DNA of 24,614 bases from a virus (taxonomy: Duplodnaviria > Caudoviricetes), in IMG/VR virus record IMGVR_UViG_3300020044_002024, positions 1 to 24,614 of that record, one strand, 5' to 3'. The notes under the pieces are model-generated. The model worked only from the letters and a program-made list of their open reading frames with translations. It was not told the DNA's origin and searched no databases. The position numbers were made by a program, and so were the translations under genes. This document shows, piece after piece, positions 8,905 through 16,194 of the stretch (positions within the stretch are counted from its first letter, which is position 1; the number at the start of each line of letters is the position of its first letter).

Positions 8905-10635
8905 CTAACTCTCCGCACCTATCGGTAAAACGCCTGCCAGCATCGCAGATGCAAGAGCGATACACTCGCAGTCCCAAAGATGGTTCGGCCTGCCGCCGAT
9001 GCGAACCCATCGTTGCTCGACTTGTTTGGTTTTGGAGTTGGTGACGTCCTTCTTCATCTCGCTCAACATCTGCTTGCGGTAGTCATCCGACACGTCCCGC
9101 GCAACTTCCCACTTCGGCGTTGCGTCAGCCTGGCGGAGTGACGCCAATTTATCTTTTATGCCTTCGTTGCTAAAAAAGAAATAAGCGCACTTCAGTCCGT
9201 CCGATCCGGCTTGCGCTCCTTCGATCTTTGAAACGAACCGGCGCGTGCGCCTACCGCCTTCGATGTGATAAAATCCGTCTTGCCCCGATCCGTGCGAAGC
9301 CGTCCACCCACGCCTAGCGCATTGCTCGTAGACCAGCGGCGTATCGTAACCGGCATCCACAACAACGCACCGCGGCATAACGTCGAACTGCTGTTGAATG
9401 GCGTCGAGCGTCTCCCAAGTCAGCGGACGCGACTCATGCAGAAGCATAGAAGAGCCGTCCACTCGGAAGGCGCGGACGACAGCCCAGAAGTGATCGCGTT
9501 GTTTATCGACGCACATAAAGCGTCTGTGCTCTCCGTCGATCTTCTGCCCCTCAAGATATTCTGCCTTCGCGTAGTCGCCGGTCGTGATCTCCGGTAGATC
9601 GCTCGTCACTTCGTCCTGCCACGTCTGCGCCTTTCGCTTTTGAATAAATTGTTTGAGCGGCTCTAGGTTGCCGCTGCTCTTGGCTTCGTTGGCCTCGATC
9701 CATTCCTTGACGATAGAAAACCACGGTATCCACCATACAGCATAGGCCGGATACTCGAAAGATCGATGCCCCCGCACCGGATGCGGGTTGAGTGCGCGGT
9801 AGCTTGCAGTATTTGCAAGGTTTCGTCTAGTGCTTGCGTCGTCTTTGTATCGCGTTTCGCAATGCTCGCATTTCATAACGACCGAGTCCTGCACCTTGTC
9901 CCACAAGATTCCGCCCTTGTCGTCACGCTCGGTCGTGTATTCGATCTGATCGAACAAGTAACGCTGCCAGTTCCCACAATGGGAACAAGTCCAGCCCCAC
10001 ACTTCTCGCGTTCCGCTGTCCCATTCGGCGTCCGCTTCATGTCCTGCGTCCCATCCTTGCGATACTAAGAGCGTCTTTCGGTTCCATCTGTCGTGATGTC
10101 GCGCCTTCAACTCTTTTATCATGCCGCTTTTCCACCGCCATACCTCGTCGCCGATGCAATAGCGCATCGATTTTTCTTGAAGGTTCGTCATGTTCGCCCC
10201 GCCTGCGAAAAGAACCATGTGTGGGAAAAGAATGGTCGTTTTTCTGAGAGAATGGCGGTCTTCTGGAAACAAGTCTTTAACCGGCTGGCATTCGTTGAAG
10301 ATCGGCAACAAGCGCGACTCTGTCCAGTCCTTCACCATGTCGTCAGTCTGTCCCACGAAAAGCGTAGGCCCAGGCTTTTGAGCCACGATGAAGCAAGCCA
10401 GCGTTTCCATCATCGTTGTCTTCCCGCCCCCAGTCGGAGCGCGGAGAAAGACCTGCGTCGTTTCGTCGTCGCTTGCGGCCAACAGCGGAGCGTTGAGCCA
10501 CGGCGCCACCGAAGGGTCAAAGCGCGAAGCGCGATCCGAGTTGGGAAAGTTAACGTGGTCGCTTGCCCAGTCTAAAATGGTTCCGTCGAATGCTAACTTT
10601 ATTCCGTCGCGGATGCCTTGTGCGAGTGGGTTCAT
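8905..10635 (-). CDS. terL: Terminase large subunit, lambda GpA family
   Basis: 576 aa. Walker A APTGGGKT, Walker B CIGDE, CxxC..CxxC pair, nuclease motifs CVDKQ, VDAGY and NHLWDC. Confidence 0.93.
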   Translation of the reverse strand: MNPLAQGIRDGIKLAFDGTILDWASDHVNFPNSDRASRFDPSVAPWLNAPLLAASDDETTQVFLRAPTGGGKTTMMETLACFIVAQKPGPTLFVGQTDDMVKDWTESRLLPIFNECQPVKDLFPEDRHSLRKTTILFPHMVLFAGGANMTNLQEKSMRYCIGDEVWRWKSGMIKELKARHHDRWNRKTLLVSQGWDAGHEADAEWDSGTREVWGWTCSHCGNWQRYLFDQIEYTTERDDKGGILWDKVQDSVVMKCEHCETRYKDDASTRRNLANTASYRALNPHPVRGHRSFEYPAYAVWWIPWFSIVKEWIEANEAKSSGNLEPLKQFIQKRKAQTWQDEVTSDLPEITTGDYAKAEYLEGQKIDGEHRRFMCVDKQRDHFWAVVRAFRVDGSSMLLHESRPLTWETLDAIQQQFDVMPRCVVVDAGYDTPLVYEQCARRGWTASHGSGQDGFYHIEGGRRTRRFVSKIEGAQAGSDGLKCAYFFFSNEGIKDKLASLRQADATPKWEVARDVSDDYRKQMLSEMKKDVTNSKTKQVEQRWVRIGGRPNHLWDCECIALASAMLAGVLPIGAES

Positions 10636-10841
10636 CGCATTCCAAAAATTTGTTTCAGCGCGTCTACATTCGCAGACGCCGGTTGTTTAGAACTCGGCTC
10701 TTCTTCTCCATCATAGAACGCAACTTCCCACGTTGTCTCAAACAATTTGCGAAGCCCGGCAGCGGACAACGTCACGTTACCTTCGCCGTCGAAGCTTGGG
10801 TTCCGCTTGGCGTATATTTTCCAGAGTTCGCGCCTAGTCAT
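10632..10841 (-). CDS. Hypothetical 69-aa protein (MTRRELWKIY...)
   Basis: Start reassigned to 10841 by homology with 13581-13790. ATGA overlap with terL. Confidence 0.75.
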   Translation of the reverse strand: MTRRELWKIYAKRNPSFDGEGNVTLSAAGLRKLFETTWEVAFYDGEEEPSSKQPASANVDALKQIFGMR

Positions 10842-11052
10842 AATTTCGGCACATCTTAAACATCTTCTCGATGGCGTCACGGACGTGCGGCCATTCCTCC
10901 GCGTCGAAGCGAAGCTTGTCGCCTTCTTGTCTGACTTCCAGAAATTCACCGCCTGCTTCGTCGACGATCTCGATCTCGGTGACGCTGTCGTCAAATATCT
11001 GTTGGTTTTTAACTCCGACTATCATTTTTGTTGTGCGTGTTTCGTAGTTCAT
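10834..11052 (-). CDS. Hypothetical 72-aa protein, left arm only
   Basis: MNYETRTTK... overlaps the terS stop (ATGA) and the next start. Absent from the right arm. Confidence 0.7.
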   Translation of the reverse strand: MNYETRTTKMIVGVKNQQIFDDSVTEIEIVDEAGGEFLEVRQEGDKLRFDAEEWPHVRDAIEKMFKMCRNYD

Positions 11053-11648
11053 ACCTTCTCAAGTTCGTTGCGTATCTCCGCTAAAATAGACTGCGTGCGC
11101 TCGTGCAGTTTCTTTCGCAAGCTTGCTTCGTCGAGTCCGGCCAACGCGCCCGATGCATCGTTGACGAGCGCAGCGAGCTTGGCTGAGAAGATAGCGCCGA
11201 TGCGAATGCCGGCTTCGCGCACAACGGCGTTCTTGATATATTCCCCGCGATCAACCGAAAGCGCAAACTCGATCTTCTCACATTCCAGCAAGGTCTTCCG
11301 TAGCTTCGCCTGCTGAATGTTCTCCGGTGCGGTGTCGCCTCGCCCATGCGTTTCGAGCCAGTTCTTCCGCCACTCCGTAGCGGCCTCGATGCTGGTCATA
11401 GGCATTCCCTGCTTGACCATTTTGTGAATGTTAGGCTGCGTCATGCCCCATGCCGCCGCAAGCTCGGCCTGCGTCAGCCCCTTGCCGTCCCGCTTTGCCG
11501 CAAACTCTGCCGCGATCTTTGATTCTCGCGCCGTCAGCGTCTTGCCGTCCTTCAGTTTTTGCAGGATGTTTTTGAACTCGGCTTCGCGGATCTTCCCCTG
11601 GAGATCGGATGCCGGGTGCGGTGGTGAATCAGAAGGTTTCTTTTTCAT
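11049..11648 (-). CDS. terS: Terminase small subunit (Nu1-like), full length
   Basis: 199 aa. wHTH-like LTQAELAAAWGMTQPNIHKMVKQGMP followed by coiled coil AKLRKTLLECEKIEF...RGEYI, upstream of GpA-type terL. Confidence 0.8.
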   Translation of the reverse strand: MKKKPSDSPPHPASDLQGKIREAEFKNILQKLKDGKTLTARESKIAAEFAAKRDGKGLTQAELAAAWGMTQPNIHKMVKQGMPMTSIEAATEWRKNWLETHGRGDTAPENIQQAKLRKTLLECEKIEFALSVDRGEYIKNAVVREAGIRIGAIFSAKLAALVNDASGALAGLDEASLRKKLHERTQSILAEIRNELEKV

Positions 11649-12496
11649 TTCTTAAATGACTCATCCAATATGCACGGCGTTGTATGCTTCCACGAAACTC
11701 GATGGTGCATTCTTCTAAATACCGGCCCCATATCAACTATCTTAACGCAGCTTGGCGCATACATCACCGAGTAAAACGACTTAACGTAAGTCCCAGAGTC
11801 TAAATAAAGTTCAGTCATTCCTCCCGAATTGCTTTGCGTCTGCTTCTGGCAAACTCCAACGTTTGGAATTGTAAAAAATAAATCACCGCGCCGGCCTCCG
11901 CATGAATATAAATTTACATCCTCATTAATCCTCCCGAAAAATTGAAACGGACGATCTGAACAGCAGACAAATGTATTCATAGCCTTGCGCCACGGTTTTA
12001 ACTTCTTGGCTTTGTTCCCGTCCTTCCCTCCGATGAAGTCCCCATTCTGTGCCATCGCCACAGTCTTAGATTTTGTTTGTTCCAAAAAATCAACCATCAC
12101 GTCAAAAATTCCGTCCAGGTTAGATATATTCGTCTTGTCGCAGTATTTATTTTTCGAATCATTCCTATACCTAAAATCCTGATAGTCGTCATCCAGTTGA
12201 ATAAAGTATTTGATCCCTAGTTTTTTTGCTATCTCGAAGCACGCATTTCGAGCGTAGACGATTGATCTCCTATCTCCAAAGTTGTCCCCTTCATCAAATG
12301 TTTCAGATATCGCCAGCTTATCAAAAACGACGACCTCGCCCTTAAATTTTTTTTCATAATCAGACCTGCTCTTGTCTTCGTTGTCGATCAGAATAATAAT
12401 TCTTCCAGAATATCCTTGCCGTTTAAGCGAACGATATGTGTGCACCTTGTCCGGCCTGCCGTGAGTAAGAATAAACGCAGCGAAATTATTCTTCAT
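11645..12496 (-). CDS. GT-A fold glycosyltransferase, TET-associated (TAGT)/GREB1-related type
   Basis: Likely start MKNNFAAFILTHGR at 12496 (283 aa). Motifs: YARN, QLDDDY, GRINEDV, QSNSGGMT, RMHH.V.W. Visibly more AT-rich than the flanks. Confidence 0.7.
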   Translation of the reverse strand: MKNNFAAFILTHGRPDKVHTYRSLKRQGYSGRIIILIDNEDKSRSDYEKKFKGEVVVFDKLAISETFDEGDNFGDRRSIVYARNACFEIAKKLGIKYFIQLDDDYQDFRYRNDSKNKYCDKTNISNLDGIFDVMVDFLEQTKSKTVAMAQNGDFIGGKDGNKAKKLKPWRKAMNTFVCCSDRPFQFFGRINEDVNLYSCGGRRGDLFFTIPNVGVCQKQTQSNSGGMTELYLDSGTYVKSFYSVMYAPSCVKIVDMGPVFRRMHHRVSWKHTTPCILDESFKK

Positions 12497-13247
12497 CTGG
12501 ATTGTCGACAGAATACATATCGTTGATTTTTTCTGACAATGCAACAAACCCAAGCTCGATCGCTTTGTTGAAATCAATTATCACAAGCGCAGAATCTTCC
12601 ATCAATTCTTGAACGCTTTTATCGGAATGCGCGTAATACTCTGCAATGTTTTCAAAGTTGAACACGGTGTGACGATATGCGGCTTCGATTAGAAAGGATT
12701 TATCATCTTCAGGTATTGAAGCCTTTTTGATTTTTTCAATCATCGACTTTGTTTTTGTTGAATCGAAAAGTTCTGGAACGCTTGGCTTTGTTTTCTTCGG
12801 CTCATATTTGGGCGATTCAACCTTCCGCGTGTAGGCTTCTCCGTTTTCCCCAAGTCCGCCATCTTCACTCCATCCGTCGTCCCACCCAAGCCCAGCAATA
12901 TCAACGCCATCACCTAGCAACGACGTTAGTTCATTCTTTAACATTTCCTCATCCCACCCACCGCCGATCTCCGAGAGTCGGTTATCGGCAAGAATGTAGG
13001 CGCGGCGTTGCGTGTCCGTAAGATGTCCGAGGCGGATGCAAGGGACGTCCTTGAGATCCAACTGCTGAGCGGCCATGACGCGACCGTGCCCGGCGATGAT
13101 GCCGTTGTCCTTGTCGATCAAGACCGGATTATTGAAACCAAACTCGCGGATGCTACCGGCTAGTTTCGAGACCTGCGCGGCGTCGTGTTTCTTCGCGTTT
13201 CGAGCGTAGGGAATTAGTTTTTCTGTTGGTATTTTTTCGATATTCAT
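12486..13247 (-). CDS. ParB/Srx-like N-terminal domain fused to a helical C-terminal domain
   Basis: N-half LIPYARNAKKH...SIREFGFNNPVLID...IIAGHGRV.AA...LADNR is the phage ParB-N motif set. C-half (YTRKVESP.YEP...AAYRH.VFNF..IAEYYAH...SALVIIDF) is not a methylase. Confidence 0.85.
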   Translation of the reverse strand: MNIEKIPTEKLIPYARNAKKHDAAQVSKLAGSIREFGFNNPVLIDKDNGIIAGHGRVMAAQQLDLKDVPCIRLGHLTDTQRRAYILADNRLSEIGGGWDEEMLKNELTSLLGDGVDIAGLGWDDGWSEDGGLGENGEAYTRKVESPKYEPKKTKPSVPELFDSTKTKSMIEKIKKASIPEDDKSFLIEAAYRHTVFNFENIAEYYAHSDKSVQELMEDSALVIIDFNKAIELGFVALSEKINDMYSVDNPDEE

Positions 13248-13287
13248 TTGGTAATTTTATAACTCAAATTTTTTGGATTGTGCATAA

Positions 13288-13584
13288 GGGAGGGGAGACA
13301 CCGCGCCGGAGAACATCCAGCAGGCGAAGCTACGGAAGACCTTGCTGGAATGCGAGAAGATCGAGTTTGCGCTTTCGGTTGATCGCGGGGAATATATCAA
13401 AAACGCCGTAGTCCGCGAAGCCGGCATCCGCATTGGAGCTATCTTCTCAGCCAAACTCGCGGCCTTGGTCAACGACGCCAGCGGCGCGTTGGCAGGGCTG
13501 GATGAAGCGAGCTTGAGAAAGAAATTGCACGAACGCACGCAAGCTATCCTTGCCGAGATCCGAACTGAACTTGAGAAGGTATGA
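13288..13584 (+). pseudogene. terS: 5'-truncated terminase small subunit (C-terminal half only)
   Basis: Encodes GRGDTAPENIQQAKLRK...ELEKV. An in-frame TAA lies at 13285-13287 and the HTH half is missing. Confidence 0.85.
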
Positions 13585-13790
13585 CAAAAAAAGAACTCTG
13601 GAAAATATACGCCAAGCGCAATCCATCCTTCGACGGCACAGGTAACGTGACGTTGTCCGCTGCCGGACTTCGCAAATTGTTTGAAACAACATGGGAAATT
13701 GCCATGTATGACGGAGAAGAGGAGCCGAGTTCTAAACAACCGGCGTCTGCGAATGTAGACGCGCTCAAACATATTTTTGGAATGAAATGA
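13581..13790 (+). CDS. Hypothetical 69-aa protein
   Basis: Homologue of 10632-10841. ATGA overlap with the terS stop. Confidence 0.75.
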   Translation: MTKKELWKIYAKRNPSFDGTGNVTLSAAGLRKLFETTWEIAMYDGEEEPSSKQPASANVDALKHIFGMK

Positions 13791-13861
13791 TAATCTCAAT
13801 CGTTGTCGCAATTTTATTGGTCGGCTTTTTTATTTGGGACGCAAGGAAAGATATTGAATGA
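13787..13861 (+). CDS. 24-aa single-transmembrane mini-protein (MIISIVVAILLVGFFIWDARKDIE), right arm only
   Basis: ATGA overlaps at both ends couple it to the upstream ORF and to terL. 17 mostly hydrophobic residues followed by a charged tail. Confidence 0.6.
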   Translation: MIISIVVAILLVGFFIWDARKDIE

Positions 13862-15582
13862 ACCCACTAGCACAAGGCATCCGCGACGGCATCAAACTCG
13901 CGTTCGACGGCACGATCTTAGACTGGGCATCCGATCACGTCAGTTTTCCGAACTCAGATCGCGCTTCGCGCTTTGACCCTTCGGTGGCTCCGTGGCTCAA
14001 CGCTCCGCTATTGGCCGCGAGTGATGACGAGACCACGCAGGTCTTTCTTCGCGCTCCGACCGGAGGCGGAAAGACAACCATGATGGAAACGCTCGCTTGC
14101 TTCATCGTTGCTCAAAAGCCTGGGCCGACTTTGTTCGTTGGGCAAACTGATGACATGGTCAAGGACTGGACGGAGTCGCGTTTGCTTCCGATCTTCAACG
14201 AATGCCATCCGGTCAAAGACCTATTCCCAGAAGACCGCCATTCCCTCAGAAAAACGACTATACTTTTCCCACATATGGTATTGTTCGCAGGCGGCGCGAA
14301 CATGACGAACCTACAAGAAAAATCGATGCGCTATTGCATCGGCGACGAAGTCTGGCGGTGGAAAAGCGGGATGATCAAGGAACTAAAAGCCCGGCATCAT
14401 GACAGATGGAACCGCAAAACGCTTCTCGTCTCGCAGGGGTGGGACGCAGGGCATGAGGCAGACGCCGAATGGGACAGCGGAACGCGGGAAGTCTGGGGCT
14501 GGACTTGTTCGCAATGTGGGAACTGGCAACGTTACTTGTTCGATCAGATCGAATATGTGACCGAACGCGACGACAAGGGCGGCATATTGTGGGACAAGGT
14601 GCAGGACTCGGTGCGAATGAAGTGCGAGCATTGCGAAACTCGATACAAAGACGACGCCAGCACTCGACGCAACCTTGCAAATACTGCAACTTACCGCGCA
14701 CTCAACCCGCATCCGGTGCGAGGTCACAGAAGCTTCGAATATCCGGCCTACGCCGTCTGGTGGATTCCGTGGTTCTCGATTGTGAAAGAATGGATCGAAG
14801 CCAACGAAGCCAAGAGCAGCGGCAACCTGGAGCCGCTCAAACAATTTATCCAAAAGCGCAAGGCGCAGACTTGGCAGGACGAAGTGACGAGCGACCTACC
14901 GGAGATCGCGACCGGCGACTACGCGAAGGCCGAATATCTCGAAGGGCAAAAGATCGACGGCGAACACCGGCGCTTTATGTGCGTTGACAAACAGCGCGAT
15001 CACTTTTGGTGCATCGTCCGCGCTTTCCGCGTGGATGGGTCATCGATGCTCTTGCACGAGTCGAGGCCGCTGACGTGGGAAACGCTCGACGCCATTCAAC
15101 AGCAGTTCGACGTTGTCCCTCGGTGCGTTGTTGTTGATGCCGGTTACGATACGCCGCTTGTTTATGAGCAATGCGCTAGGCGTGGGTGGACAGCTTCACA
15201 CGGCTCTGGGCAGGATGGTTTTTATCACATCGACGGCGCGAGAAGGACGCGCCGTTTCGTCAGCAAAATCGAAGGAGCGCAAGCCGGATCGGACGGACTG
15301 AAGTGCGCTTATTTCTTTTTTAGCAACGAAGGGATCAAAGACAAGTTGGCTTCGCTTCGCCAGGCTGACGCAACGCCGAAGTGGGAAGTCGCGCGTGACG
15401 TGTCCGACGACTACCGAAAGCAAATGTTGTCGGAGATGAAGAAGGACGTGACCAACTCCAAAACAAAACAAGTCGAACAGCGGTGGGTTCGCATCGGCGG
15501 ACGTCCTAACCATCTTTGGGACTGCGAGTGCATTGCGCTTGCATCCGCGATGCTGGCAGGCGTCTTGCCGATAGGCGAGTGA
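13858..15582 (+). CDS. terL: Terminase large subunit, lambda GpA family
   Basis: 574 aa, about a dozen substitutions relative to the left copy, all motifs intact. Confidence 0.93.
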   Translation: MNPLAQGIRDGIKLAFDGTILDWASDHVSFPNSDRASRFDPSVAPWLNAPLLAASDDETTQVFLRAPTGGGKTTMMETLACFIVAQKPGPTLFVGQTDDMVKDWTESRLLPIFNECHPVKDLFPEDRHSLRKTTILFPHMVLFAGGANMTNLQEKSMRYCIGDEVWRWKSGMIKELKARHHDRWNRKTLLVSQGWDAGHEADAEWDSGTREVWGWTCSQCGNWQRYLFDQIEYVTERDDKGGILWDKVQDSVRMKCEHCETRYKDDASTRRNLANTATYRALNPHPVRGHRSFEYPAYAVWWIPWFSIVKEWIEANEAKSSGNLEPLKQFIQKRKAQTWQDEVTSDLPEIATGDYAKAEYLEGQKIDGEHRRFMCVDKQRDHFWCIVRAFRVDGSSMLLHESRPLTWETLDAIQQQFDVVPRCVVVDAGYDTPLVYEQCARRGWTASHGSGQDGFYHIDGARRTRRFVSKIEGAQAGSDGLKCAYFFFSNEGIKDKLASLRQADATPKWEVARDVSDDYRKQMLSEMKKDVTNSKTKQVEQRWVRIGGRPNHLWDCECIALASAMLAGVLPIGE

Positions 15583-15637
15583 CCATTTTCGTGTCATCAC
15601 GAAAATGATCGAGGCAAAAAATAATTTTATTTTTTTC

Positions 15638-15666
15638 TTTTCAAAAAATAAAAAAGAGAAGATATT
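15638..15666 (+). promoter_or_regulatory. Sigma70-like promoter of the moron
   Basis: TTTTCA (15638-43), N17, GATATT (15661-66). Confidence 0.55.
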
Positions 15667-15721
15667 CAAAACATCGAAAGGCAAGAAGCCCGACGAAGAA
15701 AACCAAAAAAGAAAAAACAAA

Positions 15722-15883
15722 ATGAAAACAACAAACAAAAACAAAGAAACCCTGCGGCACGAAATTCTTACAATCATCCAATCAAAAAACATCTCTGTGA
15801 CCGGCGAAATTTGGTTTTCTTTAATTTTTAGAACGGAATCAGAACTCAAAAATATAGCAAAAGAGCTTCGGGCATCTGCCTAA
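15722..15883 (+). CDS. 53-aa basic moron protein
   Basis: Start reassigned to MKTT at 15722 after an A-rich leader. One substitution relative to the left copy. Confidence 0.7.
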   Translation: MKTTNKNKETLRHEILTIIQSKNISVTGEIWFSLIFRTESELKNIAKELRASA

Positions 15884-15891
15884 CACCAACC

Positions 15892-15927
15892 GGCGCGGGT
15901 TCAATCCCCGCGCCTTTTCTTTTTTTT
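15892..15927 (+). terminator. Intrinsic terminator of the moron
   Basis: 8-bp GC stem, loop TTCAATC, U-tract running into TTGACA. Confidence 0.85.
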
Positions 15928-15954
15928 GACATCGCCATCAAATGAATGGCGATG
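15926..15954 (+). promoter_or_regulatory. TTGACA-N14-ATG element upstream of gpW-like gene
   Basis: ttgacatcgccatcaaatgaATGgcgatg. catcgccat/atggcgatg is a perfect 9-bp inverted repeat. Identical at 8542-8570. Confidence 0.55.
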
Positions 15955-16194
15955 AACAAATCATTTTTTGGCCTGCCGCTTGCAACTCTGCAAGAATTGC
16001 AGGGCGATTTCACGGCTTGCTTGAAGGCAATAGCCGTTGCAGGCGCGTCGTATAGCATCGCGGGGCGCTCGTTCACTCGCGCCAACCTTGCCGAGGTCGC
16101 GCAGACAATAAAGGAATTGCAAGCCGCTATTGACAACGCCGGCGGAAATAGGGTAAGACGTTTCACGCCGACATTTCCGACGCAACGACCATGA
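15946..16194 (+). CDS. gpW-like head completion/head-tail joining protein
   Basis: 82 aa, one substitution relative to the left copy. Confidence 0.75.
   Translation: MAMNKSFFGLPLATLQELQGDFTACLKAIAVAGASYSIAGRSFTRANLAEVAQTIKELQAAIDNAGGNRVRRFTPTFPTQRP

Larger units (their letters stand above)
1..11346 (-). repeat. Left arm of imperfect ~11.3 kb inverted repeat (phage packaging/head module, copy A)
   Basis: Gene order and protein sequences mirror 13288-24614 on the opposite strand. The reverse complement of 1-20 (agtgcccgcctgggtggga) matches the right end (aatgccctcctgggtgggac). Confidence 0.97.

Noticed and set aside
10842-10994. N-terminal extension of the 120-aa ORF
   Set aside because: It overlaps the 72-aa gene, and the right-arm homologue is 69 aa, matching a start at 10841.
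12497-12577. First 27 codons of the 310-aa glycosyltransferase ORF
   Set aside because: They overlap the ParB-fusion gene from a non-ATG start. The GT-A first strand begins right after Met at 12496.
12486-13247. ParB-methyltransferase fusion or chromosome-partition ParB
   Set aside because: No DPPY or FxGxG methylase motifs, no ParB HTH or dimerisation region, and no parA nearby.
13342-13584. Independent 80-aa gene starting at TTG
   Set aside because: Homology to TerS extends upstream of this codon to 13288, so it is a truncated terS fragment.
15605-15721. N-terminal extension of the moron ORF (92-aa version)
   Set aside because: It runs through the promoter and low-complexity A-tracts, and its start is not conserved in the left arm. 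ATG 15722 is preferred.
15860-15930. Possible tRNA gene around GGGTTCAATCCC
   Set aside because: Only a T-arm-like hairpin is present. There is no cloverleaf, and the U-tract indicates a terminator.
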